A stretch of DNA of 64,000 nucleotides. It comes from an uncultured delta proteobacterium (GTDB lineage Bacteria > Desulfobacterota > Binatia > HRBIN30 > BPIQ01). The stretch covers positions 64,001 through 128,000 of the forward strand of contig CAVXGR010000013.1 of NCBI GenBank assembly GCA_963761335.1. The letters are read 5' to 3'. The position numbers were made by a program, and so were the translations under genes. Positions 44,442-53,716 of the stretch are shown in pieces; position 1 is the stretch's first letter, and the number at the start of each line of letters is the position of its first letter. The notes beneath the pieces were generated by a model. That model did not search any database. It had not been told where the DNA came from and saw only the letters and a list, made by a program, of their open reading frames with translations.

Positions 44442-44551
44442 CCCTCACCCTGACCCTCTCCCGCAAGGGAGGCGGGAGAGGGGACCTGTTACCGTGCCGG
44501 TGGAGCTTCCCCGCTGCGATCCCGGGTTCCCTCTCCCGCTCTTTCCGCGGG
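44442..44551. repeat. CCCTCACCCTGACCCTCTCCCGC REP pair; second unit interrupted by the IS
   Basis: Intact unit at 44442-44482; second unit ccctctcccgctctttccgcggg continues as agagggtcagggtgaggg at 46268-46285. Confidence 0.85.
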
Positions 44552-44916
44552 GGTTACCATGTACGGCATGGTGATTGCCGCGGGGAGCTCGAACGCGAGG
44601 GGGGTTGGTAGCCTCCGCTCCCGCGGGCCTCAAGGACCATATTCCCCTCGTCGCCTCCCTGCGGTCGGCGCCGATTCCTCGCGGAACAAAATCGTCCTTG
44701 ACCCCCGCTCCGCTGCGGCTGGTGGGGGCTCCTATGGCGGAAAGGGAGACCTTTCCGCCTGCGGACAAGGCGGAACGCTCCACCCGGAGCAGAGGGGGCA
44801 GAGGCAACGCGTGCCTTATCGCGCCGAAAAGGGGAGCCTCCTTCTCAGAAACGCGAGACGCCACAGTGGCGTTCAGCAACGCTGCATCGCAGGCAGCAAA
44901 ACGGAAGGAGACTCCC

Positions 44917-46008
44917 ATGCGAAGATTAGTTCTAAAGCCCGTAGGCAAGCAACACCTCCCAACGCGCCCCGCCGCCGGCGAGAGCGTGATCATCGGTGTC
45001 GATCTGTCGCGCTCGAAATGGGTCTACACCTGTCGCTGGAGTGGGCTGGAGCAGCGGCGGCTGAGCACCCCCGGCGAGCTCTGCCACCTCCAAGCTCTGG
45101 CAGGCGAGTACCGGGGCTACGGCTGCCACGTGCACATCGTCTACGAGGCCTGCGGCTTCGGCTACGAGATCGCCTGGTGGGCGCAGGCGCAGGGACTCGA
45201 TGTGCTGGTGGTGCCGCCGAGCACCGTGGAGAAGGCACCCGGCAGCCACGTGAAGACCGATGGACACGACGCCAGCGGCCTGGCACTGCGCTACGAGAGA
45301 GGAATGCTCAAAGGCATCCACATTCCGGTCCGGAACTGTCACCAGCTGCGCCAGCTGTCGCGCACTTACGATGCCGCTCTGCGCGATCGCAAGAGACAGC
45401 AAGCCAGAGTGCGCATGCTGCTCCAAGAGCACGGATACATGCCGCCTGCGCCGAGCGCCGGCTGGTCGACGCTCGGGCAGTGGCTGGCGGCCCAGGAGTT
45501 CGCCCCCGCCCTCAAGGCCTGTGTGGCGCAGCTGCTCATCCTGCGCCAGAGCGCCGCGATGAGCACCAAGATGCTCAAGACAGAGCTGCTTGGGGTCGCT
45601 GCCCTGCCGCAGTACAAGCCACTGGTTCAGGCGCTCACCGCGCAGTCCGGTGTGGGCAAATTCACCGCGATTCGCTTCGTGCTCGAGGTGGGCGACATCC
45701 ATCGATTTGCCACCGCCGACTCCATCGTCAACTTCTACGGCCTCGCGCCCCAGGAGCACAGCACCGGCGACACCGTGCGACGGGGTCGGATTCGCAAGTG
45801 CGGTCCCGCCTTCATTCGCTCGTGGATCATCCAGTGCGCCTGGGTTGCTCGCGGTACCCGTGGCGATGCCGAGCTGCGGGAGTTCTACCAGAGACTGTGG
45901 CCGCGGGTCGGCAAGAAGAAGGCCATCGTGGCGGTGGCGCGCAAGCTGGCACTGCGGCTGCGAGCTCGCTGGCTCGCCTACGAGCGGAGCCAGGCGCAAG
46001 CGGCCTAG
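44917..46008 (+). CDS. IS110-family transposase/recombinase (363 aa)
   Basis: IGVD, VYEACG, KTDGHDA (DEDD); GVGKFTA, GLAPQEHSTG, KAIVAVARKL; GGAAGGAG RBS. Confidence 0.95.
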   Translation: MRRLVLKPVGKQHLPTRPAAGESVIIGVDLSRSKWVYTCRWSGLEQRRLSTPGELCHLQALAGEYRGYGCHVHIVYEACGFGYEIAWWAQAQGLDVLVVPPSTVEKAPGSHVKTDGHDASGLALRYERGMLKGIHIPVRNCHQLRQLSRTYDAALRDRKRQQARVRMLLQEHGYMPPAPSAGWSTLGQWLAAQEFAPALKACVAQLLILRQSAAMSTKMLKTELLGVAALPQYKPLVQALTAQSGVGKFTAIRFVLEVGDIHRFATADSIVNFYGLAPQEHSTGDTVRRGRIRKCGPAFIRSWIIQCAWVARGTRGDAELREFYQRLWPRVGKKKAIVAVARKLALRLRARWLAYERSQAQAA

Positions 46009-46060
46009 ACTCTTGTTCATCGACCACCAACCCGCTCCGCATCCGGCAGGCTGTCCCCTC

Positions 46061-46201
46061 GAGCGACTGCGTCTGGCCCTCTGGTTGCGCCGCAAGGTGC
46101 CAACGTTCGGGAGTTTTGCAGCGCTCGGCAATATCCAACGGGACGAATGATAACTTGGTGACCGTCCCCACACGAGGACGCGCACGAATAGAAGACTCGC
46201 C
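46061..46201 (+). ncRNA. Predicted bridge/seek RNA (target-binding and donor-binding loops)
   Basis: Stem-internal loop-hairpin units carrying 6-10 nt matches to the REP target and to the IS circle junction; RNA ends unknown. Confidence 0.75.
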
Positions 46202-46247
46202 ACCGACGGATCGGAGCCCAGAACAGAGCGAGGGCGTACATGACCAC

Positions 46248-46253
46248 TTGACA
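46248..46253 (+). promoter_or_regulatory. -35 box of the IS circle-junction promoter (pairs with TACCAT at 44555-44560)
   Basis: TTGACA with a 17-nt spacer to TACCAT once the ends are joined. Confidence 0.8.
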
Positions 46254-46315
46254 AGAGCCGTCATAGAAGAGGGTCAGGGTGAGGGCCAAACCCACCGAGT
46301 TACGGCGCAGCATCT

Positions 46316-47512
46316 TCACCCGCATGCCCCCGCGGCGCGCAGCGCCTCGATCTCCTCGTCCGACTTGCCCAGCTGCCGCAGCACCTCCAGGGTGTGCTCG
46401 GCAAGCCCGGGCGGCGGGATGCGCAGCGAGCCGGGCGTGTCGCTCATGTGGATGGGGACGTTCATGGTGCGAAACGGACCGTGCTTCGGATGCTCCCACT
46501 CGGCGACCGAGCCGATCGCCTTCAGCTGCTCCATCTCGAAGAGCTCCTTCAAGTCGTTCACCCGGCACGAGGGCACGTCGTAATCGGTGCACAGCTTGAT
46601 CCAGTGATCGCGCCCGCGCGTGCGGAAGATCTCCTGCAGGACGGAGACGACCTCGTCTCGGTTCTGACAGCGCACCGTGTTGCTGGCGAACTTCGGGTTC
46701 TCGAGCAGGTCCTCGCGGCCGAGCGCCGCGCAGAGGCGTTTGAAGAAGGCATTGGAGAGGCAGGCGACGATGAAGTAGCCGTCGTTCGCCTCGAAGGCCT
46801 GGTAGGGAACCAGATCCGGATGTCCATTGCCGAACTTCTGGTACTCGTGCCCGGTGTTCAGGTACGAGGTCGAGATGTCGGCGAGGAGCGAGATCACCGC
46901 ATCGAGCATGGTGAGATGGATGCGCTGGCCGACGCCGCTCTCCTTGCGGTGATACAGCGCCAGGGCGATGGCGTAGGCGGCATAGATGCCGGAGGAGATG
47001 TCGGCAACCGGGCCGGCGGCCTTGACCGGCGGCCCACCGGGAAAGCCGGAGAGGCCCATCATGCCACCGGTGGCCTGCAGGATGAGGTCCATGCCCGGGT
47101 TCTGCGCGATCGGGCCCGTCTCTCCGAAGGCGGTGATGGAGGTGTAGATGAGGCGCGGATTGACGGTGCGCAGGTGCTCGTAGCCGAGGCCGAGCCGATC
47201 CATGACGCCGGGGCGGAAGTTTTCCACCAGCACGTCGGCGCTCTTCACCATCTCCTCGAGCAGCTTCACTCCGCCCGGCTTCTTGACGTCGACGCCGACC
47301 GACTTCTTGTTGCGGTTCAGGCCCCAGAAGTTGAAGCTGCCGATGATCGGATCCTGTCCGCGCGCGTGGCGAATGGCGTCGCCGCGACCCGGCTTCTCGA
47401 TCTTCCACACCTCGGCACCCATGTCGCCGAGGAGCGTCGTGCACCACGGCCCGGCGGCCTGGTGGCTCAGGTCGATGACGCGCACGCCCTTAAGCGGTCC
47501 GCGGTTCTCCAT
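46316..47512 (-). CDS. CaiB/BaiF CoA-transferase family III
   Basis: GAEVWKIE, NRNKKS, ENFRPG, GMDLILQA. Confidence 0.92.
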   Translation of the reverse strand: MENRGPLKGVRVIDLSHQAAGPWCTTLLGDMGAEVWKIEKPGRGDAIRHARGQDPIIGSFNFWGLNRNKKSVGVDVKKPGGVKLLEEMVKSADVLVENFRPGVMDRLGLGYEHLRTVNPRLIYTSITAFGETGPIAQNPGMDLILQATGGMMGLSGFPGGPPVKAAGPVADISSGIYAAYAIALALYHRKESGVGQRIHLTMLDAVISLLADISTSYLNTGHEYQKFGNGHPDLVPYQAFEANDGYFIVACLSNAFFKRLCAALGREDLLENPKFASNTVRCQNRDEVVSVLQEIFRTRGRDHWIKLCTDYDVPSCRVNDLKELFEMEQLKAIGSVAEWEHPKHGPFRTMNVPIHMSDTPGSLRIPPPGLAEHTLEVLRQLGKSDEEIEALRAAGACG

Positions 47513-49040
47513 GACTCTCCCCCTCACTCAGCTTCTGCCTGAGCACGTTGGTCTGCACTTTGTTGGCGGCATTGCGCGGCAGCACCGCGACAAACTCGAC
47601 GCGGCGTGGCTTCTTGAATCCGGACAAGGTGGTTGCCGCAAACGCCACCAGCGCCTCGGCATCGACAGCGGCGCCGGCGCGGCGGACGACGACGGCGGTT
47701 ACCTGCTCGCCCCACTTCGGATGTGGTGTGCCGATCACGGCGACGTCCTCAACGTCCGGATGGGCGCGCAGGACGTCCTCCACCTCCACCGGCGAGACGT
47801 TCTCGCCACCGGTGATGATCAGGTCCTTGACCCTGCCGGTGATGAAGAAAAAGCCCTCGGCGTTCCGCCGGCCGAGGTCGCCGGTGTGCAGCCAGCCGTC
47901 GCGGATGGCGGCGGCGGTGGCGGCACGGTCGCGGTAATAGCCCTGCATGACGGTCGGGCCGCCGATGACCAGCTCTCCTTCTTCGTCGGGGCCGGCGAAG
48001 CTGCCGTCGGCACGGCGCACGGCGACGGCGACGTAGGGATTCATGCGGCCCACCGTCCCCTCATGATCGAAGATGCTGGTGCCGCGCGCCATGGCCACGC
48101 CGTCGGTCGACTCCGACTGCCCGTACGCTTCGATCACCTCGGCACCGTCGAAGAGCCGCGCCAGAGCGCGCTTCGCCTGCATCGGTGTGGCGGCGCCGCC
48201 GACGCTGACCTTGCTCACGCAGCGGCGGACACCGGCGGGGATATCCTTCCGCGTCGCAACGTCGAACACCATGCCGGCAATCAGCGGCAGGTCGGTCACC
48301 CGGAAGCGCTCGACGGCTTCGAGCACCTGGTCGACGGCAAACTTCTCGATCAGCACGGCGCTGGCGCCGGTGAGCATGCGGCAGAGCAGGTGGGACACGA
48401 ACACGGGCGTGTGCGTCAGCGGGCTCAGGCAGGCGCCGACGGACGCCGCCGTGTCGCCACGCGCCTCGGCGCAGGCCAGCGCCGACCAGAGGAGGTTGCC
48501 GTGACTGATCATCACCCCCTTGGGTGCTCCGGTGGTTCCCGAGGTGTAGGCGAGCACCGCCAGCGAGTCGGCAGCGGGCGTGCGCGGCGACGCCGGGCGC
48601 ACGCTGGCGCGGCGCAGCGCTCGCGGCCGCAGCGGCAGCTCGGCCTCGCAGGCAAAAGCGGGAATTCCGGCGCAGGCCGCCGCCTCCCGCGCCACCGGCG
48701 CCCGCGCCGCATCGCACAAAAGAGCGGCCGCCTGCGAGCGCTCCAGCAGGACTCCGGTCTCCCGCGCCGTCGAGCGCACGCCGATGGGGACGGCGACGGC
48801 GCCGAGGCCCCACACCGCGAAGCTCGCGGCGACCAGCGCCGGTTGGTTCGCCGCCATGATGCCGAGGCGCTGCCCGCCGCCGATGCCGCGCTTCGCCAGC
48901 CAGTGCGCCAGCTCGTCGACCGCTGCGGCGAGCTCGCCGTAGACGATGTGGCGGCCGCCGAAGAAGAGACCGCCTTCGCCCCCGCGCCGCTGCGCCTGCA
49001 GGCGCAGGAAATCGGGGGTACTGGGGAGGAGAAGGCTCAT
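47490..49040 (-). CDS. Acyl-CoA ligase
   Basis: YTSGTTGAPKG, YGQSE, TGDLG, GGENV. Confidence 0.92.
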   Translation of the reverse strand: MSLLLPSTPDFLRLQAQRRGGEGGLFFGGRHIVYGELAAAVDELAHWLAKRGIGGGQRLGIMAANQPALVAASFAVWGLGAVAVPIGVRSTARETGVLLERSQAAALLCDAARAPVAREAAACAGIPAFACEAELPLRPRALRRASVRPASPRTPAADSLAVLAYTSGTTGAPKGVMISHGNLLWSALACAEARGDTAASVGACLSPLTHTPVFVSHLLCRMLTGASAVLIEKFAVDQVLEAVERFRVTDLPLIAGMVFDVATRKDIPAGVRRCVSKVSVGGAATPMQAKRALARLFDGAEVIEAYGQSESTDGVAMARGTSIFDHEGTVGRMNPYVAVAVRRADGSFAGPDEEGELVIGGPTVMQGYYRDRAATAAAIRDGWLHTGDLGRRNAEGFFFITGRVKDLIITGGENVSPVEVEDVLRAHPDVEDVAVIGTPHPKWGEQVTAVVVRRAGAAVDAEALVAFAATTLSGFKKPRRVEFVAVLPRNAANKVQTNVLRQKLSEGESHGEPRTA

Positions 49041-49159
49041 GGGGAGGGGGACAGTGTGTCATGAACCTGCGGTTCACCAACAGACCATGAATAGGGACGG
49101 CGTCCTGATTCACTGATCAGACACTTGCGATGATATTTCCGCGCCGCGGGTGCGGGTCT

Positions 49160-49404
49160 CCTCTCCCCGCATCTTTCCGCGGGGAGAGGATCAAGGTGAG
49201 GGGTCCCTGTCTCGCTGAAAGCTCGTGAATCTCCACGGCCTTCACAGAGATCGGCACCCTCACCCTGACCCTCTCCCGCCAGTAATGCGGGAGAGGGAAC
49301 GCACCCCCGAAGTGCACACCCAACAGATGTTCGAAGCAGGCAACTCTTGCCGCTGATCTTGCAGCGACAGGGTGAATCTGGGCAGCAAAAGTAGCCTGTC
49401 CCCA
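49160..49404. repeat. Mosaic REP cluster (CCCTCACCCTGACCCTCTCCC and GGGACAGGC families)
   Basis: cctctccccgc..gcggggagagg; ccctcaccctgaccctctcccgc at 49257-49279; aaaagtagcctgtccc. Confidence 0.8.
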
Positions 49405-49409
49405 TTTGG

Positions 49410-50003
49410 TTACTCGCCGAGGTCCTCGACCGAGGAGATGATGCTCCCCACCAGGCCGTACTCCTTGGCTTCCTGCGCCGACATCCAGAAGTTGCGCTCC
49501 ATGTCCTTCTCGATGCGCTTCACCGGCTGCCCTGTCTTCTCCGAGATGATGCGGATCATGCGGGCGCGCATCTTGATGATCTCGGTGGCCTCGATCTCCA
49601 GATCGGTGGCGCGGCCGCCTGCACCGCCCGCGGGCTGATGCAGAAGAAAGCGCGTGTTCGGCAGGCAGAAACGGTCCTCCTTCTCCGCCGCCAGGTAGAT
49701 GTGGGCGCCGGCGCTGGCCACCCAGCCGGTGCCGATCATGCGAATGCGCGGGCGGACGAACTGAAGCATGTCGAAGATGGTATCGGCGGATTCCACGTGA
49801 CCGCCCTGCGAGTGCACGTACACGGTGATCATGTCGTTGGAGTCCGCGGCCATGATCAGCACCTGCGCCATGATGTCGTGCGCCACCTTGGAGTTGATCT
49901 CGCCGCAGATGAGCAGAGTGCGGGAGTCGATCAAGCGGTGCGCCAGCCGGGTGCGCAGGCTGCTGCCGCTTCCCTTGTTCCTCTCGTCGTCTTGCTGCTT
50001 CAT
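49410..50003 (-). CDS. clpP: ATP-dependent Clp protease proteolytic subunit
   Basis: SQGG, GWVASAG, RFLLHQP, MSAQEAKEYGLV. Confidence 0.9.
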   Translation of the reverse strand: MKQQDDERNKGSGSSLRTRLAHRLIDSRTLLICGEINSKVAHDIMAQVLIMAADSNDMITVYVHSQGGHVESADTIFDMLQFVRPRIRMIGTGWVASAGAHIYLAAEKEDRFCLPNTRFLLHQPAGGAGGRATDLEIEATEIIKMRARMIRIISEKTGQPVKRIEKDMERNFWMSAQEAKEYGLVGSIISSVEDLGE

Positions 50004-50048
50004 TTCGCCTCACTCCTTTCGCGCGTATTGGCGCCCAGGATAGTCCAA

Positions 50049-51173
50049 TCAACACGGTCCGGCGAGGTCGTGCAGGCCGACGAACACCGTCTTGCCACCC
50101 TCGATCTTGCGGATCACCAGCCAATCGCCCTTGTAGGCCTTGTGGTCGTACGGGCCGAGGCTCATGTGGGTGCGCGGGCCGCCGTTCACGGTGGGCAACA
50201 TGCGCACCTTCTCCAGACCTTCTTTCAGGCCGCGCGGCGTCAGCAGGTTGGCGCGCCCGATTCCCTCGGCGATCAGCCGCGCCGTGTCGTAGCTGAGGGC
50301 GGTGACCGTGTGGTCGCGCCGCTTGCCGAGGTGCGCCGCAAAGCGGTCGAACATCGGGCCGAGGCGCGGGTTCTGCTCGCACATCTGGTCGATCCCGTGC
50401 CAGCCCTCGAGGGCCGTCATCCACTCCGGCTTCGCATAGCAGAACTGGAATGCCGTGGTCATGATGCGCGGCGGGTCCCAGCCGAGGCGGCCGAACATCG
50501 GGCCCATCAGGATCGTCGGGTAGCCGTAGCCGAGATAGGCGAGGCAGTCGGGCTTCTGATCGCGGATCCGCCGCAGAGTGTCTTCGAGATCATCCGGCAC
50601 CTGTGTGGTGTAGGCTTCGATGAGCACATCGAGCTTCTGGCGTGCGGCGTAGTAGCGGAAGTTGGTGGCGTACTCGACTCCACCGGGGCTGATCTCATGG
50701 ATCATGCCGACGGTGCGATAGCCGCTGCGCCGGATCCACGAGGCCATGATCGCCGCCTCCTCGGCCAGACCGCCGTTGCCGAGATTGAAGCAGAACTCGC
50801 CGTGATAGCGGTCGGTGCCCGTCCAGGTGACGGCCGGCACTCCGGTCTCCTCGATCACCGGCGCCAGCGCCAGGGAGTTGTCGGTGATCAACGGGCCGAT
50901 GGTGCAGAGCACACCGCGGCGCACCAGCTCGAGATAGCCGCCGATGGTATTCCTGGCCTCGAGCCGCGGCAGACCGATCGCCTCCTCGACCACCAGCTCG
51001 ACCGGCCGGGTGATCACCTTCTCCGCGAAGGCCTCATCGAAGCCGAAACGCAGCGCCGCGAGAAAGTCGTCCTTGGTCCCCATGTCGAGGTCGATGAGGA
51101 CGCCGATCTTCACCGGCGCAAACGGCAGGCCGTGCGGGGTTCTCTTCTGCTCGGGGGCGGCCACTTTCGTCAT
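50049..51173 (-). CDS. Branched-chain-amino-acid-type substrate-binding protein fold (no signal peptide)
   Basis: PVKIGVL, IGPLITDN, SYDTAR; type I periplasmic-binding-protein pattern. Confidence 0.7.
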   Translation of the reverse strand: MTKVAAPEQKRTPHGLPFAPVKIGVLIDLDMGTKDDFLAALRFGFDEAFAEKVITRPVELVVEEAIGLPRLEARNTIGGYLELVRRGVLCTIGPLITDNSLALAPVIEETGVPAVTWTGTDRYHGEFCFNLGNGGLAEEAAIMASWIRRSGYRTVGMIHEISPGGVEYATNFRYYAARQKLDVLIEAYTTQVPDDLEDTLRRIRDQKPDCLAYLGYGYPTILMGPMFGRLGWDPPRIMTTAFQFCYAKPEWMTALEGWHGIDQMCEQNPRLGPMFDRFAAHLGKRRDHTVTALSYDTARLIAEGIGRANLLTPRGLKEGLEKVRMLPTVNGGPRTHMSLGPYDHKAYKGDWLVIRKIEGGKTVFVGLHDLAGPC

Positions 51174-52900
51174 TCCAGCCGGTCGGCGTGGCCGGCGCGC
51201 TCGAAGCGGCGGCGCATATCGGCGAGATCGGCGGCGGTGAAGCGGCGGAACTCACCGGCACCGCGCGGACGCCAGTAGACCGGGTCGGCAAAGCGATCGA
51301 TGAGAAAGCCCTCGCGGCGCAGAGCGCGCTTGAGAATCTTGTTGGTATGCGTGACGGCGAGGTCGCCGGCGACGCGCACGAACACGGGGCGCCAACGCGG
51401 CGGCAGATCCGCCTCGCCGTCGAGGAGATGGGCGAAAGCCTTCGGATCGAAAGCGGCGCCGGCCCGCATGGCGACGGTCGCCATCACCTGGTCGCCGGCC
51501 TCCGGGTCCGGAACCCCGTAGACGCTGGCCAGCATGACGTCCGCGTCGCGGCAGAGAACCTCCTCGACGGGACGCGCCAGAAAGTTCTCGCCGCCGACGC
51601 GCAGCCACTCGGCATCGCGGCCGGCGAAGTAGATGAAGCCGTCTTCGTCCTGGTAGCCGAGATCGCCGGTGTGAAAACGGCCGCCGCGCGTGCGCTCGCG
51701 GGTCGACTCCTCGTCCTTGTAGTAGCCTTCGAAGAGAAAGACGCCGGAGGTGTTGACGATCTCGCCGACCGCCTCGTCGGCGTTGAGCAGCCGCCCGCTC
51801 TCGTCGAAACGCGCCGGCGGGCAGGGCTTGCCTTCCTCGTCCAGGATCTGCACGCCGGCGGCGCGGCCGAGGCTGCGCTCCGGATCGCCGGCCTGGCGCG
51901 AGAAGCCGACGCCCACTTCGCTGGCGCCATAGCCGTCGATCACCTCGCAGCCGAAGCGCCGTGCAAACGCCTCGATGTAGTGACGCGGCGCCTCGTTGCC
52001 ATAGGCCAGCCGCAGCGGATTGTCGGCGTCGTCGGGGCGCTCCGGTGTGTCCATGATGTAGGCGAAGGGCGTGCCGACGTAGTTGAAGAGCGTGGCGCCG
52101 TGCTTGCGGATATCGGCGAGGAAGCTCGACTTGCTGAAGCGGCGCGCCAGCGCCAGGCAGCCGCCGGCACAGAGAGCCGGGATGAGCGCCAGAATCTGGG
52201 CGTTGGCGTGAAACAGCGGCATCGCCGCGTACACGGTGTCCTCCGGAGTGAAGTGGCACATGTGCAGCGAGGCGCCCCAGCCGAGCATCATCAGACGACC
52301 GTGGCTGTTGACGACGCCCTTCGGCGCCTTGGTAGTGCCGGAGGTGAAGATCAGCATGAGAAGATCCGACGGCTCGACGGCGGCGTTCGGGTCCTCGTCC
52401 GAAGCTGCGGCCAGCTCGTCCTCGAGGCGCAGCCAACCCGGGGGCAGATCGCGGGCGCCGGTCGACCAGCGATCGGTGACCAGCACGGCGCGGCGCGCCT
52501 CCGGCAGCGTCGCCAGAGCCTCGCGAAGCTGCGCCGCGTAGCGCCGCTCGACCAGGATCATCTGGCAGTCGGCGTACTGCACGTCGCGCGCCAGAAACGC
52601 CCCGGTGCGCGTCGGGTTCAGTCCGACCAGAGCCGCGCCGCCGAGAGCGCAGCCGAGCTCGGCAAAGACGAAGTCGGGCAGGTTGTCCATCAACACGCCG
52701 ACGTGGAACGGCGTCGCCGGATGGCGATGCCGGCGAAAGACGTTGGCGAAGCGGCAGGCCTCGCGAAAGCACTGCGCGTAGGTCCAGCGGCTCTCCTCGA
52801 AGCGCAGAAAGACACGCTCGCCGCAGTCGGCGGCCCGATTGCGGACAGCGACCGCCAGCGACGGCAGCGGCGCCGCGTAGGGCTCGACCTTGGTCTCCAT
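51170..52900 (-). CDS. Long-chain acyl-CoA ligase (FadD17/FadD1-like)
   Basis: GLNPTRTG, FTSGTTKAPKG, YGASE, FEGYY, TGDLG. Confidence 0.88.
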   Translation of the reverse strand: METKVEPYAAPLPSLAVAVRNRAADCGERVFLRFEESRWTYAQCFREACRFANVFRRHRHPATPFHVGVLMDNLPDFVFAELGCALGGAALVGLNPTRTGAFLARDVQYADCQMILVERRYAAQLREALATLPEARRAVLVTDRWSTGARDLPPGWLRLEDELAAASDEDPNAAVEPSDLLMLIFTSGTTKAPKGVVNSHGRLMMLGWGASLHMCHFTPEDTVYAAMPLFHANAQILALIPALCAGGCLALARRFSKSSFLADIRKHGATLFNYVGTPFAYIMDTPERPDDADNPLRLAYGNEAPRHYIEAFARRFGCEVIDGYGASEVGVGFSRQAGDPERSLGRAAGVQILDEEGKPCPPARFDESGRLLNADEAVGEIVNTSGVFLFEGYYKDEESTRERTRGGRFHTGDLGYQDEDGFIYFAGRDAEWLRVGGENFLARPVEEVLCRDADVMLASVYGVPDPEAGDQVMATVAMRAGAAFDPKAFAHLLDGEADLPPRWRPVFVRVAGDLAVTHTNKILKRALRREGFLIDRFADPVYWRPRGAGEFRRFTAADLADMRRRFERAGHADRLE

Positions 52901-53019
52901 TCGGCTCTGGGGTGAACAGTTGTTCACCAGAGCGATAGCAGCGGCGCGCACCGGGTGTCAAAGGGTTGGCCGTCGGGTTGGTTATCGGGTTTTCGAGTTA
53001 TCGGGTTGGCAGCGCCAAA

Positions 53020-53081
53020 GTAGAAGCGGCGTCTCGCCGCTTCTGGGAGGGCGAGGCTCCTGCCGAGCCAGATACGTCTCT
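53020..53081. repeat. Left border: REP arm plus 31-bp direct repeat
   Basis: gtagaagcggcgtctcgccgcttc (53020-53043); gcgaggctcctgccgagccagatacgtctct (53051-53081). Confidence 0.85.
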
Positions 53082-53285
53082 GCGGGTCCCACTCCCCTTC
53101 GAGCTCGATCTCGAAGACCGCCCGACGACGCCGCAGGCCTCAGGGCACTATGCATTCCGCGGCGGCACGGACGGCGAATAGGCGGGATCGGCGGGTAGTA
53201 GTGGTGGAACTCAAGATCAAGCGTGTTTCGTTTCAAAATCCCCTTACCAATCGAAATCCCCCACGACCCAACTTGGGCTGGGGGA

Positions 53286-53510
53286 TCGCGCCGCGAAGCG
53301 GCGCAGGCATGTAGCCCCGGGTCGCAGACCCGGGGATCTCGGGTCCGCCTTCCCCGATGCGCCCCGCCAGGGGCGCAGGCGTGCAAGCCCGGGTGCAGAT
53401 GCCTGTGTCAAAACCGAGCCCGCGCCCCTGGCGGGGCGCCAACCGACGTCGACTTCGGGATCCCCGGGTCTCCGACCCGGGGCTACACGCCTGCGCCCCT
53501 CCGGGGCGAA
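53286..53510. repeat. GTAGCCCCGGG/GCCCC..GGGGCG REP cluster
   Basis: Same family as 39333-39599, in an inverted arrangement. Confidence 0.75.
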
Positions 53511-53716
53511 TGATCTCCGAGCTCCCGCCCACAGATCCAACCCGGGGAAGTCGGGTTCAACTCAACGAAGCGGGGGTTGTGGTGGATCGAAGTTGACCGC
53601 GTTTCATTTCAAAATCCCCCACTACCGGCGGGGTCGGCACCGGCGGGGTCGGCTCGTTCACAGGCAGCGACAGCGCGGCTTACAAAGCAACCTCCTCCGT
53701 ATGGAGAGAGCCAGGG

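Larger units (their letters stand above)
44552..46269 (+). mobile_element. IS110/IS1111-family insertion sequence
   Basis: Splits a REP; imperfect subterminal IR atgtacggc (44559)/gccgtcat (46257-46264); junction promoter; DEDD recombinase. Confidence 0.9.

Noticed and set aside
44605..44740. Possible guide matches in the IS left end (tggtagcc, ctcccgcgg, tgaccc, ctatggcgg)
   Set aside because: All are antisense, several lie in stems or are GC-rich palindromes, and they share no consistent core. The right-end loops fit much better.
44575..44916. 114-aa N-terminal extension of the transposase in the ORF track
   Set aside because: A strong RBS precedes ATG 44917 and the first catalytic Asp follows shortly after; the extension is structured non-coding DNA.
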